A stretch of 64,000 nucleotides of DNA from Candidatus Saccharimonadales bacterium (GCA_035478835.1 DATIJH010000005.1:5593-69592), one strand, 5' to 3'. Positions 54,676 through 64,000 are shown, counted from the stretch's first letter. Notes: generated by a model not told the origin, from the sequence alone. Numbers and translations are program-made.

Positions 54676-54794
54676 TACAGTTTGATTCTAGCAGACTTAC
54701 TGCTTTTGGTTACAAATTTATTATAGCAAAAATTACAACTCATGTCAAAACTGTTATGGTTTGCTATGCGGGTTGGACGTACTGTGCCGTGCAG

Positions 54795-56912
54795 CTAATC
54801 GGTGCGGGCGTCTTGGGTGAGCAAGCGGGCGCGCATTTCTTTAAAGCGGCGTTCTTGTTCGGCAGCAATTTCTTCGCCGGTTTTAGTTTGGGCGGTTTGA
54901 TGCACGGTCTTGGTGGCCTCCCCTTTGCCGCCAATGACGTTGACCACAGGAATGACGATCGGGCTGCGCTGGGTTTGCTCGAACAAATAGTGCGTGATGT
55001 GGTCTTTGAGCTCGGCTTTGAAACGGTCGAGGTCGACACGCTTGTAGCGCTGGCCAACGGCGCGGCGGAGTTCGGCGCGCAAGCCGTTCATGAGGTCCTC
55101 GTTGTCACGCATATAGATGAAGCCGCGCGAGATGATGTCGGGGCTGGTCAGTAAGTTACCGGATTTTTTATCGACGGTGAGCACAACGGCTACGAGGCCT
55201 TCCTCGCTTAGCAGCACGCGGTCTTTGACCACTACGTTGTTGACGATGGCGCCGGTCTGGTCGACCAGAATGGTACCGTGCGGCACATTGCCGGCAACCT
55301 CGATTGTATCCGGGGTGAGCGCGATGATGTCGCCGTTGTCGGCGTTCACACAGTTGCCGCGCGGCACGCCATTTTCGATGGCGAGCTCGATATGGCGCTG
55401 CTTAACGCGGTACGCGCCGTAGATTGGAATGAAGAATTTCGGTTGCGTGTATTGGATCATTTCGGCGTATTCGTCGCGGCTGGCATGGCCGGAAACGTGC
55501 AGCGGGCCGACGTGGTCGAGGTCGTGATTGCGCGCTTCAAACACATGCACGCCTTTGCGCGTCAGGCCGTCGACCATGTCGCCGACGAGCTTGTCGTTGC
55601 CGCTTTCCGGAATTGGTGTGCTGGAAAGGATCACGGTGTCCTGCTCTTTGAGTTTGACGTGCTTGTGATCGCCGCTGGCCATACGCTGCAAGGCGGAGCT
55701 TGGCTCGCCCTGGCTACCGGTACAGACCACGACCACTTCGTTATCCTTCATGGTGTTGACGTTGGCGATTGGCACGAATGTGCCTTTTGGAATACGCACA
55801 AATCCGTGGCGCACAGCCATTTCGAGTGTGCTGACCATGCTGCGGCCGTCCATGGCGACCTTGCGGCCGTGGTGTACGGCGGCGTTAATGATCATCTGGA
55901 CGCGGTTCATGTTGGTGCTGAACAAGCCGATAAAGATGCGGCCCGGCGCCTGTTGCATAATGTCGATGAAGCTTTGCTCGATAGTGCTTTCGGATGGCGT
56001 GCGGCCGAGGCGCTCGGCGGTGGTGCTTTCACTCAACAGGGCGAGCACACCTTCGCGGCCAAGTTCTTGCAGGCGCTCAATGTCGCTGCGCTCGTGGTCG
56101 AGCGGGTTCGGGTCAAAGCGGAAGTCACCGGTGTTAATCAAGCGGCCGACCGGCGTGTCGAGTACGATACAGGTGCTGCCGGGGATGGAGTGTGTGACGC
56201 GCACCAGCTCAACAAAGAATTCGCCGAGCTTAAGGCGCTCGTGCGTGGTTTCGTTCATGGTCACGGTCTGGAGTGCAAAGCCTTCGGGCATTGGCAAGCC
56301 AAAGTTTTCAAAGATTTCTTCGACGCGGCCGATGGTGAATTTAGAGCCATAAATTGGCGCCGGGAACTTGGGCACGATGTGCGGCAAGCCGCCGATGTGG
56401 TCAAGGTGGCCGTGCGTAATAACGTAAGCGCGCAGCTTGTGGCGGATGCTTTCGAGGTACGTGGTATCGGCGATGCCGTAGTTGATGCCCGGCAAGTCAA
56501 CGCCCAGGTCGTTGCCGGCGTCCATGATGACTGCATCGTTTATGTATTCGACGAGGATCATGTTTTTGGAGCCACCGCCGTCCATGCCGCCCAAACCGAT
56601 GACTTTAAGCCGGGGGCTGTCATCGATAAAGTTGGCGCGGCGCTGATTGGCCTCGGCCGGCACAACGGCTGCCGAATACTGGTTGGCGATGCGCTGTGCG
56701 TCGGTCTGCGCGCGCTTTTGAGCGCGTACGGCGGCGCCGCGAGTAGCCGAGCTAAAGTTGCTCTTCATACCGCCCTGCTGGCCACGCTTTGGGCGCTGGC
56801 CGCCAGCGTTACCGCCGCCATTTTGGCTCGGGTTGTTGCCGCCCTGCTGCTGGCCGCCATTACTCTGACGCCTGGGGCGATTATTTTTAGGTTTGTTATT
56901 GTCGTTATTCAT
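54795..56912 (-). CDS. rnj: ribonuclease J with low-complexity N-terminal extension
   Basis: It has the MBL/beta-CASP core (VITHGHLDHIGGLP, ...HVSGHASRDE). The first ~100 aa are N/G/Q/R/K-rich (NNRPRRQSNGGQQQGGNNPSQNGGGNAGGQRPKRGQQGG). Confidence 0.88.
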   Translation of the reverse strand: MNNDNNKPKNNRPRRQSNGGQQQGGNNPSQNGGGNAGGQRPKRGQQGGMKSNFSSATRGAAVRAQKRAQTDAQRIANQYSAAVVPAEANQRRANFIDDSPRLKVIGLGGMDGGGSKNMILVEYINDAVIMDAGNDLGVDLPGINYGIADTTYLESIRHKLRAYVITHGHLDHIGGLPHIVPKFPAPIYGSKFTIGRVEEIFENFGLPMPEGFALQTVTMNETTHERLKLGEFFVELVRVTHSIPGSTCIVLDTPVGRLINTGDFRFDPNPLDHERSDIERLQELGREGVLALLSESTTAERLGRTPSESTIEQSFIDIMQQAPGRIFIGLFSTNMNRVQMIINAAVHHGRKVAMDGRSMVSTLEMAVRHGFVRIPKGTFVPIANVNTMKDNEVVVVCTGSQGEPSSALQRMASGDHKHVKLKEQDTVILSSTPIPESGNDKLVGDMVDGLTRKGVHVFEARNHDLDHVGPLHVSGHASRDEYAEMIQYTQPKFFIPIYGAYRVKQRHIELAIENGVPRGNCVNADNGDIIALTPDTIEVAGNVPHGTILVDQTGAIVNNVVVKDRVLLSEEGLVAVVLTVDKKSGNLLTSPDIISRGFIYMRDNEDLMNGLRAELRRAVGQRYKRVDLDRFKAELKDHITHYLFEQTQRSPIVIPVVNVIGGKGEATKTVHQTAQTKTGEEIAAEQERRFKEMRARLLTQDARTD

Positions 56913-56938
56913 CTGGTCTATCCTTTCTTTGGAAGATA

Positions 56939-57580
56939 TCAGTTGTTAATGAGTTTCATAATTTCGGGAATCTGCGCAAAATCGTCGATTAAGGTCTGGC
57001 GCAAGCTGCCGTTATACAACGCAGCTGCCGGGTGGAACAGGGGCAAAATCACCACTGGTATGCCGGCTGATTTGCCGCCATCGCCCTTAAAATTTAAACG
57101 AATGCGCTTGGGCTGGCCGTGGACCTTACTGATTTGCAGGTTTGGCAGAAAGCAGCCCATACCGTGGCGGCCCAGTGGCACCAAAAGCTTTGGCCGGATA
57201 ACCTCGATTTGCTGCTGGAGGTACGGCAAAAACGCAGCCTTTTCTTCTGGCAATGGGTCACGGTTGTTTGGCGGGCGGTATTTCAGGATGCTCGTAATGT
57301 AAACGTCCTTGCGGTCGAGACCGATCATGGCAAGCATTTCGTCCAAGAACTTGCCCGCGGCACCGACAAACGGCAGGCCGGTGAGGTCTTCGTTCTTGCC
57401 TGGCGCTTCGCCGACAAATACGATCTCGGCCGATGGACTACCATCGCCGAACACCATGTTTTTGGCCGTCTTGGCCAAATCCGGGCAGACATGTTTTTTG
57501 ATGATCTCTGCTTTAATTTGGTCAAGTTTGCGTTGTTTGGCTTGTAAGATGTCGTCGGTTTTATTGGTTTTATCGGCCAT
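56939..57580 (-). CDS. udg: uracil-DNA glycosylase, family 4
   Basis: VFVGEAPGKNEDLTGLPFVGAAGKFLDEML and ...HPAAALYN. Confidence 0.85.
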   Translation of the reverse strand: MADKTNKTDDILQAKQRKLDQIKAEIIKKHVCPDLAKTAKNMVFGDGSPSAEIVFVGEAPGKNEDLTGLPFVGAAGKFLDEMLAMIGLDRKDVYITSILKYRPPNNRDPLPEEKAAFLPYLQQQIEVIRPKLLVPLGRHGMGCFLPNLQISKVHGQPKRIRLNFKGDGGKSAGIPVVILPLFHPAAALYNGSLRQTLIDDFAQIPEIMKLINN

Positions 57581-57788
57581 TCTTTGCTCCTCGGAGGGTC
57601 AAATACACACGATTGATGCCAACGGCCAGCAGCACGAGCGCGAGCGCGTATTGCTGCAAGCTGCCGGTATCAAGTGCTCGCGCAGCCAATAGGTTGGCGA
57701 GCACTAACGATACCACGGCCTCACCCAACCACACAAGGCGCTTGTGGGTGAGATTGTGGACAACGGGTTTACTGTGCGTCTTTTCCAT
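57570..57788 (-). CDS. possible small 2-TM membrane protein (72 aa)
   Basis: The ORF overlaps the pnp stop by 20 nt and the udg start by 11 nt. It has two hydrophobic helices. Coding status is uncertain. Confidence 0.35.
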   Translation of the reverse strand: MEKTHSKPVVHNLTHKRLVWLGEAVVSLVLANLLAARALDTGSLQQYALALVLLAVGINRVYLTLRGAKNGR

Positions 57789-59979
57789 TTTTAAGTTCGC
57801 GGGCGGCGGCTTTCATGCTGAGCTGCAGACGGCCGCGGTCGTCAATAGCAACTAATTTTACGGTGACGCGGTCGCCTTCTTTGACGACGTCACTTGGTTT
57901 GTTGACGCGTTCTTCGGCCATTTCGCTGACGTGGACTAGGCCGTCCTTGCCGGGCATAATCTGCACGAATGCGCCAAAGTCCATGACGCTCACCACCGGT
58001 ACATCTTTGTAAATTTTGCCGACTTCCGGCTCAGCAACGATAGATTGAATCCACTGCTTGGCTTTTTCGATGCTGTCGCCGTCCGGGCTGGCGATCATCA
58101 CGGCGCCGTCGTCCTTGATGTCGATCTGCGCGCCGGTTTCGGCCACGATCTTCTGGATGACTTCGCCGCCCTTGCCGATTACCTCGCGGATTTTATCGGG
58201 GTTAATCATGATGGTTTCGACGCGCGGCGCGTACGGGCTGAGCGAGTTGCGCGGTTCGCTGAGCGTGGTGAGCATGTGTTCGAGGATGTGAGCGCGGCCG
58301 TCCTTGGCCTGCTCGAGCGCCTGGCGCAAGACTTCAACCGGCAAGCCGTGAACTTTCATGTCCATTTGCAGCGCGGTGATGCCTTTGCTAGTACCGGTAA
58401 CTTTAAAGTCCATGTCGCCGGCAAAATCTTCGGCGTCGGCGATGTCGCTGAGCACGACAACCTTGTCGCCCTCGATCATCAGGCCCATGGCAATACCGCT
58501 GACCGGTGCCTTAAGCGGCACGCCGGCGTCCATGAGCGCCAAACAGCTGGAGCACGTCGCAGCCATGCTGGTCGAGCCATGCTGGCTCATAATTTCGGTG
58601 ACCGAGCGGATAGTGTACGGAAAGTCGGTTTCGCTTGGCAGCATTGGCAGCAGTGCGCGCTCAGCCAAGTAGCCGTGGCCAATTTCGCGGCGGCCCGGAC
58701 TGCCGAGGCGGCGAATATCGCCAACGGTGTATGCCGGTGCGTTGTAGTGATGCATGTAGCGGCGTTCGCCCTCTTGTTCCATGGTGTCGACGAGCTGCGC
58801 GTAACTGAGCGGCGCCAAGGTGACGATGTTCAACCCTTGGGTCATGCCGCGGGTGAACAAACTAGAGCCGTGAGCGCGCGGCAGCAAACCGACTTGGCTG
58901 CTAAGCGGGCGGATCTCGGTAAAGTTACGGCCATCAGGACGCACGTTTTCTTCCAGAATTCCCTTGCGAACATCTTTGTTGGCGGCGCTGGCAAAGGCGT
59001 CTTCGTAGTCGCGTTTAACGCTGTCCCACTCTTCGCCGAGCTGTTCGGCAAAGTGCGCCATGAGTTCTTCGCGGATGACGTGCATTTTTTCGTGGCGTTC
59101 GGCGTATGGCGCGCGGATATTTTTGCCAAGTTTGCCTTCGAGCCATTCGTTGACGGCGTCCTGGATGTCTTCGCTTGGCAGGCTGAGTTCGTACTCGCGC
59201 TTTTCTACGCCAACTTTGGCGACCAGCTGTTCTTGCAATGCGATCGCCGGCTGCATGGCAGCTTGGGCGAATGCCAGCGCTTCGACCACCTGTTCTTCGG
59301 TGGCTTCGTTAGCGCCGGCCTCAACCATCATAATGGCGTCTTTGGTGCCAGCTACAAAGAGGTCGAGCACGTTCTCGGCCAGCTCCTCACGCGACAAAAA
59401 TGCGGCCATCTTGCCGTCTTTGATGCCAACGCGAAGGCCGGCGACTGGGCCGTCAAACGGTGCGCCGGTAAGCATAAAGGCGGCGCTCATGGCAATCATG
59501 GCGATGGCGTCCGGACGAAACGCCGGGTCAAGGCTCAAGACCGTCGAAACCCCCTGCACCTCATGGCGGTAGCCTTTTGGCCACAGCGGACGGATTGGGC
59601 GGTCAATCAAGCGGCCGATTAATACGGCTTCGTCGCTGGGGCGGCCTTCGCGCTTAATGAATCGCGAGCCGCTGATCTTGCCGGCTGCATACATTTTTTC
59701 TTCGTAATCAATGCTTAAGGGAAAATAGTCGAATCCAGCGAGCGGCTTGTCGCTCACCATAGCGGTCGCCAGGATTACGGTGTCACCATAAGTAGCCAAC
59801 ACTGCAGCCGTTGAGCGGAACCCAACGCGGTTGACTTCTAATTTGAGCTTGCGGCCGCAAAAGTCGGTCTCGACGCTCAAAATTGGTTTGTTAAATGGGT
59901 TAATGATATCTGTCACGCGGTGTCCCATTCCTTTCGTCGTCATCAGCAGAGTGCAAATATACTGCCCCTTGTGCGTCAA
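57769..59979 (-). CDS. pnp: polyribonucleotide nucleotidyltransferase (PNPase)
   Basis: Two RNase PH domains, a KH domain ([15 protein letters not shown]) and an S1 domain ([33 protein letters not shown]). The start codon is ambiguous: TTG at 59979, or ATG at 59943 or 59928. Confidence 0.93.
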   Translation of the reverse strand: MTHKGQYICTLLMTTKGMGHRVTDIINPFNKPILSVETDFCGRKLKLEVNRVGFRSTAAVLATYGDTVILATAMVSDKPLAGFDYFPLSIDYEEKMYAAGKISGSRFIKREGRPSDEAVLIGRLIDRPIRPLWPKGYRHEVQGVSTVLSLDPAFRPDAIAMIAMSAAFMLTGAPFDGPVAGLRVGIKDGKMAAFLSREELAENVLDLFVAGTKDAIMMVEAGANEATEEQVVEALAFAQAAMQPAIALQEQLVAKVGVEKREYELSLPSEDIQDAVNEWLEGKLGKNIRAPYAERHEKMHVIREELMAHFAEQLGEEWDSVKRDYEDAFASAANKDVRKGILEENVRPDGRNFTEIRPLSSQVGLLPRAHGSSLFTRGMTQGLNIVTLAPLSYAQLVDTMEQEGERRYMHHYNAPAYTVGDIRRLGSPGRREIGHGYLAERALLPMLPSETDFPYTIRSVTEIMSQHGSTSMAATCSSCLALMDAGVPLKAPVSGIAMGLMIEGDKVVVLSDIADAEDFAGDMDFKVTGTSKGITALQMDMKVHGLPVEVLRQALEQAKDGRAHILEHMLTTLSEPRNSLSPYAPRVETIMINPDKIREVIGKGGEVIQKIVAETGAQIDIKDDGAVMIASPDGDSIEKAKQWIQSIVAEPEVGKIYKDVPVVSVMDFGAFVQIMPGKDGLVHVSEMAEERVNKPSDVVKEGDRVTVKLVAIDDRGRLQLSMKAAARELKNGKDAQ

Positions 59980-60076
59980 TGATCGAGAGCGTATATCTGT
60001 GGCTCTACCGATGAGTTAAGTTTAAAAGTGCACAAGCTTGGAGCCTCGCCCCTCGGGGAGGCTCGTAGTCTATACA

Positions 60077-60343
60077 CTAGCGACGAATGCCGAGCTTTTT
60101 GATAAGCTCAAGATATGCCTGACCGTCTTTGCTGGCAATGTACTGCAAGTTGCGCTTGCGCTGGCCGACCAACTGGAGCAAACCGCGGCGGGCGGCAAAG
60201 TCTTTTTTGTTGACTTTGAGGTGCTCGGTAAGTTCTTTGATGCGCTCGGTTGCGATACCAACCTGCACCGCGGCGCTACCGGTGTCGGTCTTGTGCTTTT
60301 GCAAGTCTTTGACGACTGCTTGTTTCTTGTCGTTTGTAATCAT
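60077..60343 (-). CDS. rpsO: 30S ribosomal protein S15
   Basis: 88 aa. It has TDTGSAAVQVGIATERIKELTEHLKVNKKDFAARRGLLQLVGQRKRNLQY. A hairpin GAGCCTCCCCGAGGGGCGAGGCTC follows between rpsO and pnp. Confidence 0.93.
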   Translation of the reverse strand: MITNDKKQAVVKDLQKHKTDTGSAAVQVGIATERIKELTEHLKVNKKDFAARRGLLQLVGQRKRNLQYIASKDGQAYLELIKKLGIRR

Positions 60344-60386
60344 ACTACAGCTATTTTAACTGATGTAAGGCAGAAAAACAACCCCT

Positions 60387-60881
60387 TTAGGCTTCACCGT
60401 TTGCTGCAGGGCCGGTCTCGGGTGGCAGCTGCGGCATCCTGGCATCTTCGGGAACCCGGGCAAATATCCCCGTTTGAAGGCTCGGATCAAGTCGTCCGCG
60501 GAATACATCAATATCCTCATAAGCTACCGGGGCGACAGCATAAGTATTCGGCCCTGTGTTCTCAAATTGTGCGTACCGCGCTTCGTCCTCGCGCCAGTTG
60601 TTCGCCATACCCTCAAGCCTGTCGGCATACTTAAAAGCCTTGCCCGCCACAAGCCGGGCGATTACGCCGCCGGTTACCACAAGTCCGATATCGCGATCCG
60701 TTTCGCTTTGCGTAAGATCTCCGCTTATATGTATGGCCAACTCGCCTGCTCCAAAGGTGATGGCGCCGGCAGCCACTACCGCACCGACGCGGCCCACAAT
60801 GCGGGCACGGCGCGCTTGCAGCTCATAACTAAATGGGGGCTTCAGCGGCGGATCAATCCAGTCTTTAATGCGTCGTAACAT
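60387..60881 (-). CDS. hypothetical membrane protein (164 aa) with Gly/Ala-rich helices
   Basis: VGAVVAAGAITFGAGELAI and GLVVTGGVIARLVAG. No known motif. Confidence 0.45.
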   Translation of the reverse strand: MLRRIKDWIDPPLKPPFSYELQARRARIVGRVGAVVAAGAITFGAGELAIHISGDLTQSETDRDIGLVVTGGVIARLVAGKAFKYADRLEGMANNWREDEARYAQFENTGPNTYAVAPVAYEDIDVFRGRLDPSLQTGIFARVPEDARMPQLPPETGPAANGEA

Positions 60882-60997
60882 CAGTAATCCCTAGCTCCAA
60901 ACACCAGTAGAAGGCGTGACATTCACAGACTCGGCGTAATATGAGGGAATTCTGTAGCAGGCTAAGTCGCGTACTCCGTTGGTAACTCGCTTCATGA

Positions 60998-61786
60998 CTA
61001 ATCCTCTCGCGTTGGGGCATAAATGTTATGAATACTGTGCGCCACCCCAAGGCCGCGGGCCGCTGCAATAGTAGATGCGACGATAACTCTATCCATTGCA
61101 GCCTTGCCGTCCTCTGTCGCGCGGACGGCGCGAAGGGTGCCACGCACAGCCGCCGCCATGGCCATTGCGCCAAACGGAATCGTAATGTAGGGCTTATCCG
61201 GCACGAATAGCGTGGCGGATACGTCTGCTATGAATGCCGCACCACCAGCGAACATCTGAGCCGCACCACGCCTGAATCGCCCATCAGCCTCCGCCTTATC
61301 CTGAGCAGCTTCCTGTGCAGCCACCCGCATAGTCAAATGCCCTACGCCCTGCATAACGAGCTGCTCCATCATAAATCGCCCCTCTTGCCAAGCCCGCGTG
61401 AGATCCTTCCCACTCTGACCGCTCAGCAAGGCGTCCATATAATCACGGCCGAGATCTATATTATCCGTGGCGCCAATCGCAATCCATGGGTTCTCGAGGT
61501 TGTCCGAAGCGCCCAACTGAAACGTGCCGGCAATCGTATCATCCGACTGCGGCAAGAGCGAAGTGACCTCTTCTGGCCCCAAAAGAGCAATACTTATAGG
61601 CGTGTATCCGTCACTTTCAACGGTGGTGGCTTCTTGCGGTTGCACAGCAGGCACAAGCCCGTAGGCCGTGTGCGCTTGTTTCGTGACACTCCAGCTGCCC
61701 CAGGACGCCGGGTGGCTATATGCCAGATTATCGGCATTAAATACCCGGGGTAACGGCGCTGATTCGGCCGGCGTCTCAAAACTCAT
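60998..61786 (-). CDS. hypothetical protein (262 aa) with C-terminal Gly/Ala-rich hydrophobic helices
   Basis: The soluble N-terminal ~170 aa are followed by AAQMFAGGAAFIADVSATLFV, IPFGAMAMAAAV and IVASTIAAARGLGVA. Confidence 0.45.
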   Translation of the reverse strand: MSFETPAESAPLPRVFNADNLAYSHPASWGSWSVTKQAHTAYGLVPAVQPQEATTVESDGYTPISIALLGPEEVTSLLPQSDDTIAGTFQLGASDNLENPWIAIGATDNIDLGRDYMDALLSGQSGKDLTRAWQEGRFMMEQLVMQGVGHLTMRVAAQEAAQDKAEADGRFRRGAAQMFAGGAAFIADVSATLFVPDKPYITIPFGAMAMAAAVRGTLRAVRATEDGKAAMDRVIVASTIAAARGLGVAHSIHNIYAPTRED

Positions 61787-61830
61787 ATTGTGTGTATTAT
61801 CTCATTAAATTACCGATAAGTCAAATAACA

Positions 61831-62061
61831 TTATTCGCCATTCTTGGCTGCTTTTCCGTGCTTTGCAGCCTCAGAAGCAGCCTTAGCGGCAAGCAGCGCA
61901 GAGCCGACTGCGCCGCCGGCCGCCTCAGAGTTTTTGGTAGTACCTGCGAGCGCGGCCAACCCAATTGCTACTGCGGTAGCCTCCGCGGCCAGTGCAGCAT
62001 TTTTGCGCGCCAGTTCCGCGTGCTCGGCGGCGCTCATCTCTGGCTCTCCCTCGCCTGTCAT
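61831..62061 (-). CDS. hypothetical small Ala/Gly-rich protein (76 aa)
   Basis: AAEATAVAIGLAALAGTT...AAGGAVGSALLAAKAASEAAKHGKAA, with small-xxx-small helix motifs. Confidence 0.4.
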   Translation of the reverse strand: MTGEGEPEMSAAEHAELARKNAALAAEATAVAIGLAALAGTTKNSEAAGGAVGSALLAAKAASEAAKHGKAAKNGE

Positions 62062-62071
62062 AGGCTATTCC

Positions 62072-62767
62072 TTATACTATTAGATGTTCTTGAATTGTCT
62101 CGGCGGTGAGATTTTCAGGCGAGACGGCGTTGCTAATGTTAAACTCGCCCACTTCGGTGCGCCGCAGCGCAGACATGTATGCGCCGGTACCAAGCGCCTT
62201 GCCAAAATCCTCTACCAGCGAGCGTATATACGTGCCACTCGACACTTCCGCAACAAATTGCACCTCTGGATAACTGTAGCCGAGCAGCTGCAAACGCTTG
62301 ATCGTAACCGGCCGCGGCTCAAGCTTCACCTCTTTACCAGCGCGTGCCAGCTTGTAGGCTCGCTGGCCGTTGACCTTAATCGCCGAATATTGGGGCGGCG
62401 TTTGCATACCAGGCCCAACTGTTTTATCTAATAAATCCTGGATATCTCGGAGTTCCGGCTGCGCGGTTGAAACTACGGTCAATTCACCCTCAGAATCACC
62501 AGTAGTGCTTGTTTGGCCCAGGTGCATTGTCACCAAATATGTTTTATCAAGCTTGGTGAGCTCTGGCGCGCGGCGGGTATCCTTGCCCAGCAAAAGCACC
62601 AAAAGCCCGGTCGCCATAGGGTCGAGCGTACCGGTGTGCCCTACCGGAAAACGCTTGCGTCCGGTGTCATTGAGGCCAGCCGCTTCAATAAAACGGCGTA
62701 CTTTATTTACCGCATCGAATGAGGTCCAGCCAAGTGGTTTATCTACGAGTAAGATTCCGTGCACCAC
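62072..62767 (-). CDS. truB: tRNA pseudouridine(55) synthase
   Basis: GILLVDKPLGWTSFDAVNKVRR and GHTGTLDPMATGLLVLLLG (catalytic Asp). Confidence 0.92.
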   Translation of the reverse strand: MVHGILLVDKPLGWTSFDAVNKVRRFIEAAGLNDTGRKRFPVGHTGTLDPMATGLLVLLLGKDTRRAPELTKLDKTYLVTMHLGQTSTTGDSEGELTVVSTAQPELRDIQDLLDKTVGPGMQTPPQYSAIKVNGQRAYKLARAGKEVKLEPRPVTIKRLQLLGYSYPEVQFVAEVSSGTYIRSLVEDFGKALGTGAYMSALRRTEVGEFNISNAVSPENLTAETIQEHLIV

Positions 62768-62802
62768 ACTAGCATACCGGGTTTTGGCTTGAGCGCAAAA
62801 CC

Positions 62803-64000
62803 CTAGCTGGGCAGCGGCGGCAACATGGGTGGCGGCACTGGCGGCGGTGCGTTCGGATCTTGTGCATCAGTCGGCAATGCGTCAACACCTGTAACCGGCG
62901 AATCGGTGGCGCCGGTGACACCAGGCAGCGTTAAGCCTTCCGGCGCAAAGGGCGCAGGGCTTGCCATGGGAGCGCCGTTGGGCGCAAAAGTTTGGCCAAA
63001 GCTGCTCGGGCCGTCTTCCATAGCAGCAGTGTCGGACTGCGTCTCGTCATTTGGAGCTGCAGCGTCATCCGTAGGCGCGTCATTTGTAGGTGCGTCGGGG
63101 TGAATGGCGAGATTCACCGGCTGCGCATTAAGCGCCTGCACCGGTTCGAGCGCATCGCTCGCGGCTGCCGCCTGCGTTACTGCATCGCGCGCACTTGAAA
63201 CGTCCGGCAACACCGGCGCTTCAGGCGGTGTGGACGGATTGTCGCTCTCAGTTACGTGCGGGCTGTGGAGCTGCTTTTCGATGTCGCTCAATGTGGCACC
63301 GTTATCGGCTTCAGCCGGCGCGGGTAATGCAACGGGCTCCGGCAAAGTTGGCGCGGGAGGGTTATCGGGGTGGTCGTTTTGTTTTTCGTCAGTTTTGGTT
63401 GTTTCGCCGGCATCGTCTGATTTTGGCGGCTGACCGTCACTTGGGTGCTCGCCAAGCGGTTCACGGCTCAAGATTGGCTGGTGCGGCGGCGTGCCAGAGG
63501 CGGCATCCATCATTGGGTCAAAAAACTCCGATGAGTCTTCGCTTGTGGACGAAAGCGGGCCGCCCAGCGTTGGCGGCTGCAGAATCATATGCGGTGCTTC
63601 GGTGTGTTCGGGAGTGATTTTAGGCAATTCGTGCGGCTTGGGCAATGCCGGTTCTTCTGGTTTTTGTTCCGGTTTTTCTGGCTCCGGAGTCTTTGGCGGC
63701 TCAATTGGCGCGAGTTCGGGTGCCCCGTTCTGCGTTAGCCCGTCGAGCTCGTTATTCAAGTGCAAGCTGCCGTCAGCGTCAATATTGATTTGCGGGGTTA
63801 CAGGTTTTTCATCGTGTTCGATGTCGAGCTCGCCATCATTGGACTTCGCAGGCGCCGGCGCTTGGGGTGTAGCCGCTGCCGCTGGCGCGGCAACCGGTTG
63901 GATTGGCTGCGGAGCGGGCTCGGCCAGTTTGGTGGCTACTAGCTGCTGGTTAGCACCGGCGGCCATCAATTCAGCACTAATACTCATAGTTTGCGGCGAA
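62803..64000 (-). CDS. Pro/Ala-rich low-complexity protein (may extend beyond right edge)
   Basis: At least 394 aa, ending PPPVPPPMLPPLPS. The frame stays open upstream of the ATG at 63987 to the window end (..SPQT-M), so the true start may lie outside the window. Confidence 0.45.
   Translation of the reverse strand, partial: SPQTMSISAELMAAGANQQLVATKLAEPAPQPIQPVAAPAAAATPQAPAPAKSNDGELDIEHDEKPVTPQINIDADGSLHLNNELDGLTQNGAPELAPIEPPKTPEPEKPEQKPEEPALPKPHELPKITPEHTEAPHMILQPPTLGGPLSSTSEDSSEFFDPMMDAASGTPPHQPILSREPLGEHPSDGQPPKSDDAGETTKTDEKQNDHPDNPPAPTLPEPVALPAPAEADNGATLSDIEKQLHSPHVTESDNPSTPPEAPVLPDVSSARDAVTQAAAASDALEPVQALNAQPVNLAIHPDAPTNDAPTDDAAAPNDETQSDTAAMEDGPSSFGQTFAPNGAPMASPAPFAPEGLTLPGVTGATDSPVTGVDALPTDAQDPNAPPPVPPPMLPPLPS

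Noticed and set aside
55278-57302. Very long plus-strand ORFs antisense to real genes. They are 674 aa opposite rnj/udg, 525 aa at 58045-59622 opposite pnp, 423 aa at 40869-42140 opposite the 652-aa gene, 296 aa at 38719-39609 opposite pilN/pilO, and 281 aa at 8861-9706 opposite comM/infC.
   Set aside because: Each lies fully inside a confidently identified gene on the other strand. Their products are Arg/Ala/Val-rich low-information sequences with no motifs. Such shadow ORFs arise when the sense gene avoids TTA, CTA and TCA codons in phase.

Overview
The window is dense (about 90% coding), mostly minus-strand chromosomal DNA from a small-genome bacterium. The gene content suggests a Patescibacteria/Saccharibacteria-like organism: a secretin-less type IV pilus locus, ComM, many short membrane or hypothetical ORFs, and proteins with long low-complexity tails. 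That taxon call is inference only.

Recognisable housekeeping genes:
- Replication, repair and recombination: gyrB-gyrA, ssb, ftsK, family-4 UDG, an ATL protein, xerC/D-like, comM.
- Translation: infC-rpmI-rplT, rpmB, rpsF-ssb-rpsR, efp, tlyA, miaA, thrS, truB, rpsO, ychF.
- RNA turnover and other: pnp, RNase J, ndk, nrdR.

RNA genes: RNase P RNA and six tRNAs, namely Pro-GGG, Val-GAC, Gly-CCC, Thr-CGT, Asp-GTC and Arg-CCT. All six encode their CCA ends.

A 14-kb, 15-gene co-directional type IV pilus locus occupies 29081-43078. It runs from a TPR protein and a 652-aa exported protein through pilMNO, pilB, pilT, pilC, pilA and pilD to four minor pilins.

I found no CRISPR array, transposase, phage integrase, reverse transcriptase or rRNA.

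Items most worth follow-up:
1. A promoter plus a 160-nt hairpin-rich leader with an intrinsic terminator and an alternative anti-terminator pairing, directly in front of comM.
2. An unassigned 129-nt multi-helix RNA or MITE-like element at 11960-12088.
3. An orphan VirD4/TraG-like coupling-ATPase operon beside gyrBA.
4. A three-gene block of Gly/Ala-rich membrane proteins inserted between truB and rpsO.
5. A thrS T-box whose UGGA bulge matches the U73 discriminator of the tRNA-Thr in this window.
6. A self-contained 36-aa micro-gene upstream of nrdR.
7. A Fic-domain protein with a possible intramolecular inhibitory motif.
8. Two perfect hairpins, each bracketed by GAGTGAG, between ndk and tRNA-Arg.

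All functional calls come from motif recognition by eye. No database searches were run.
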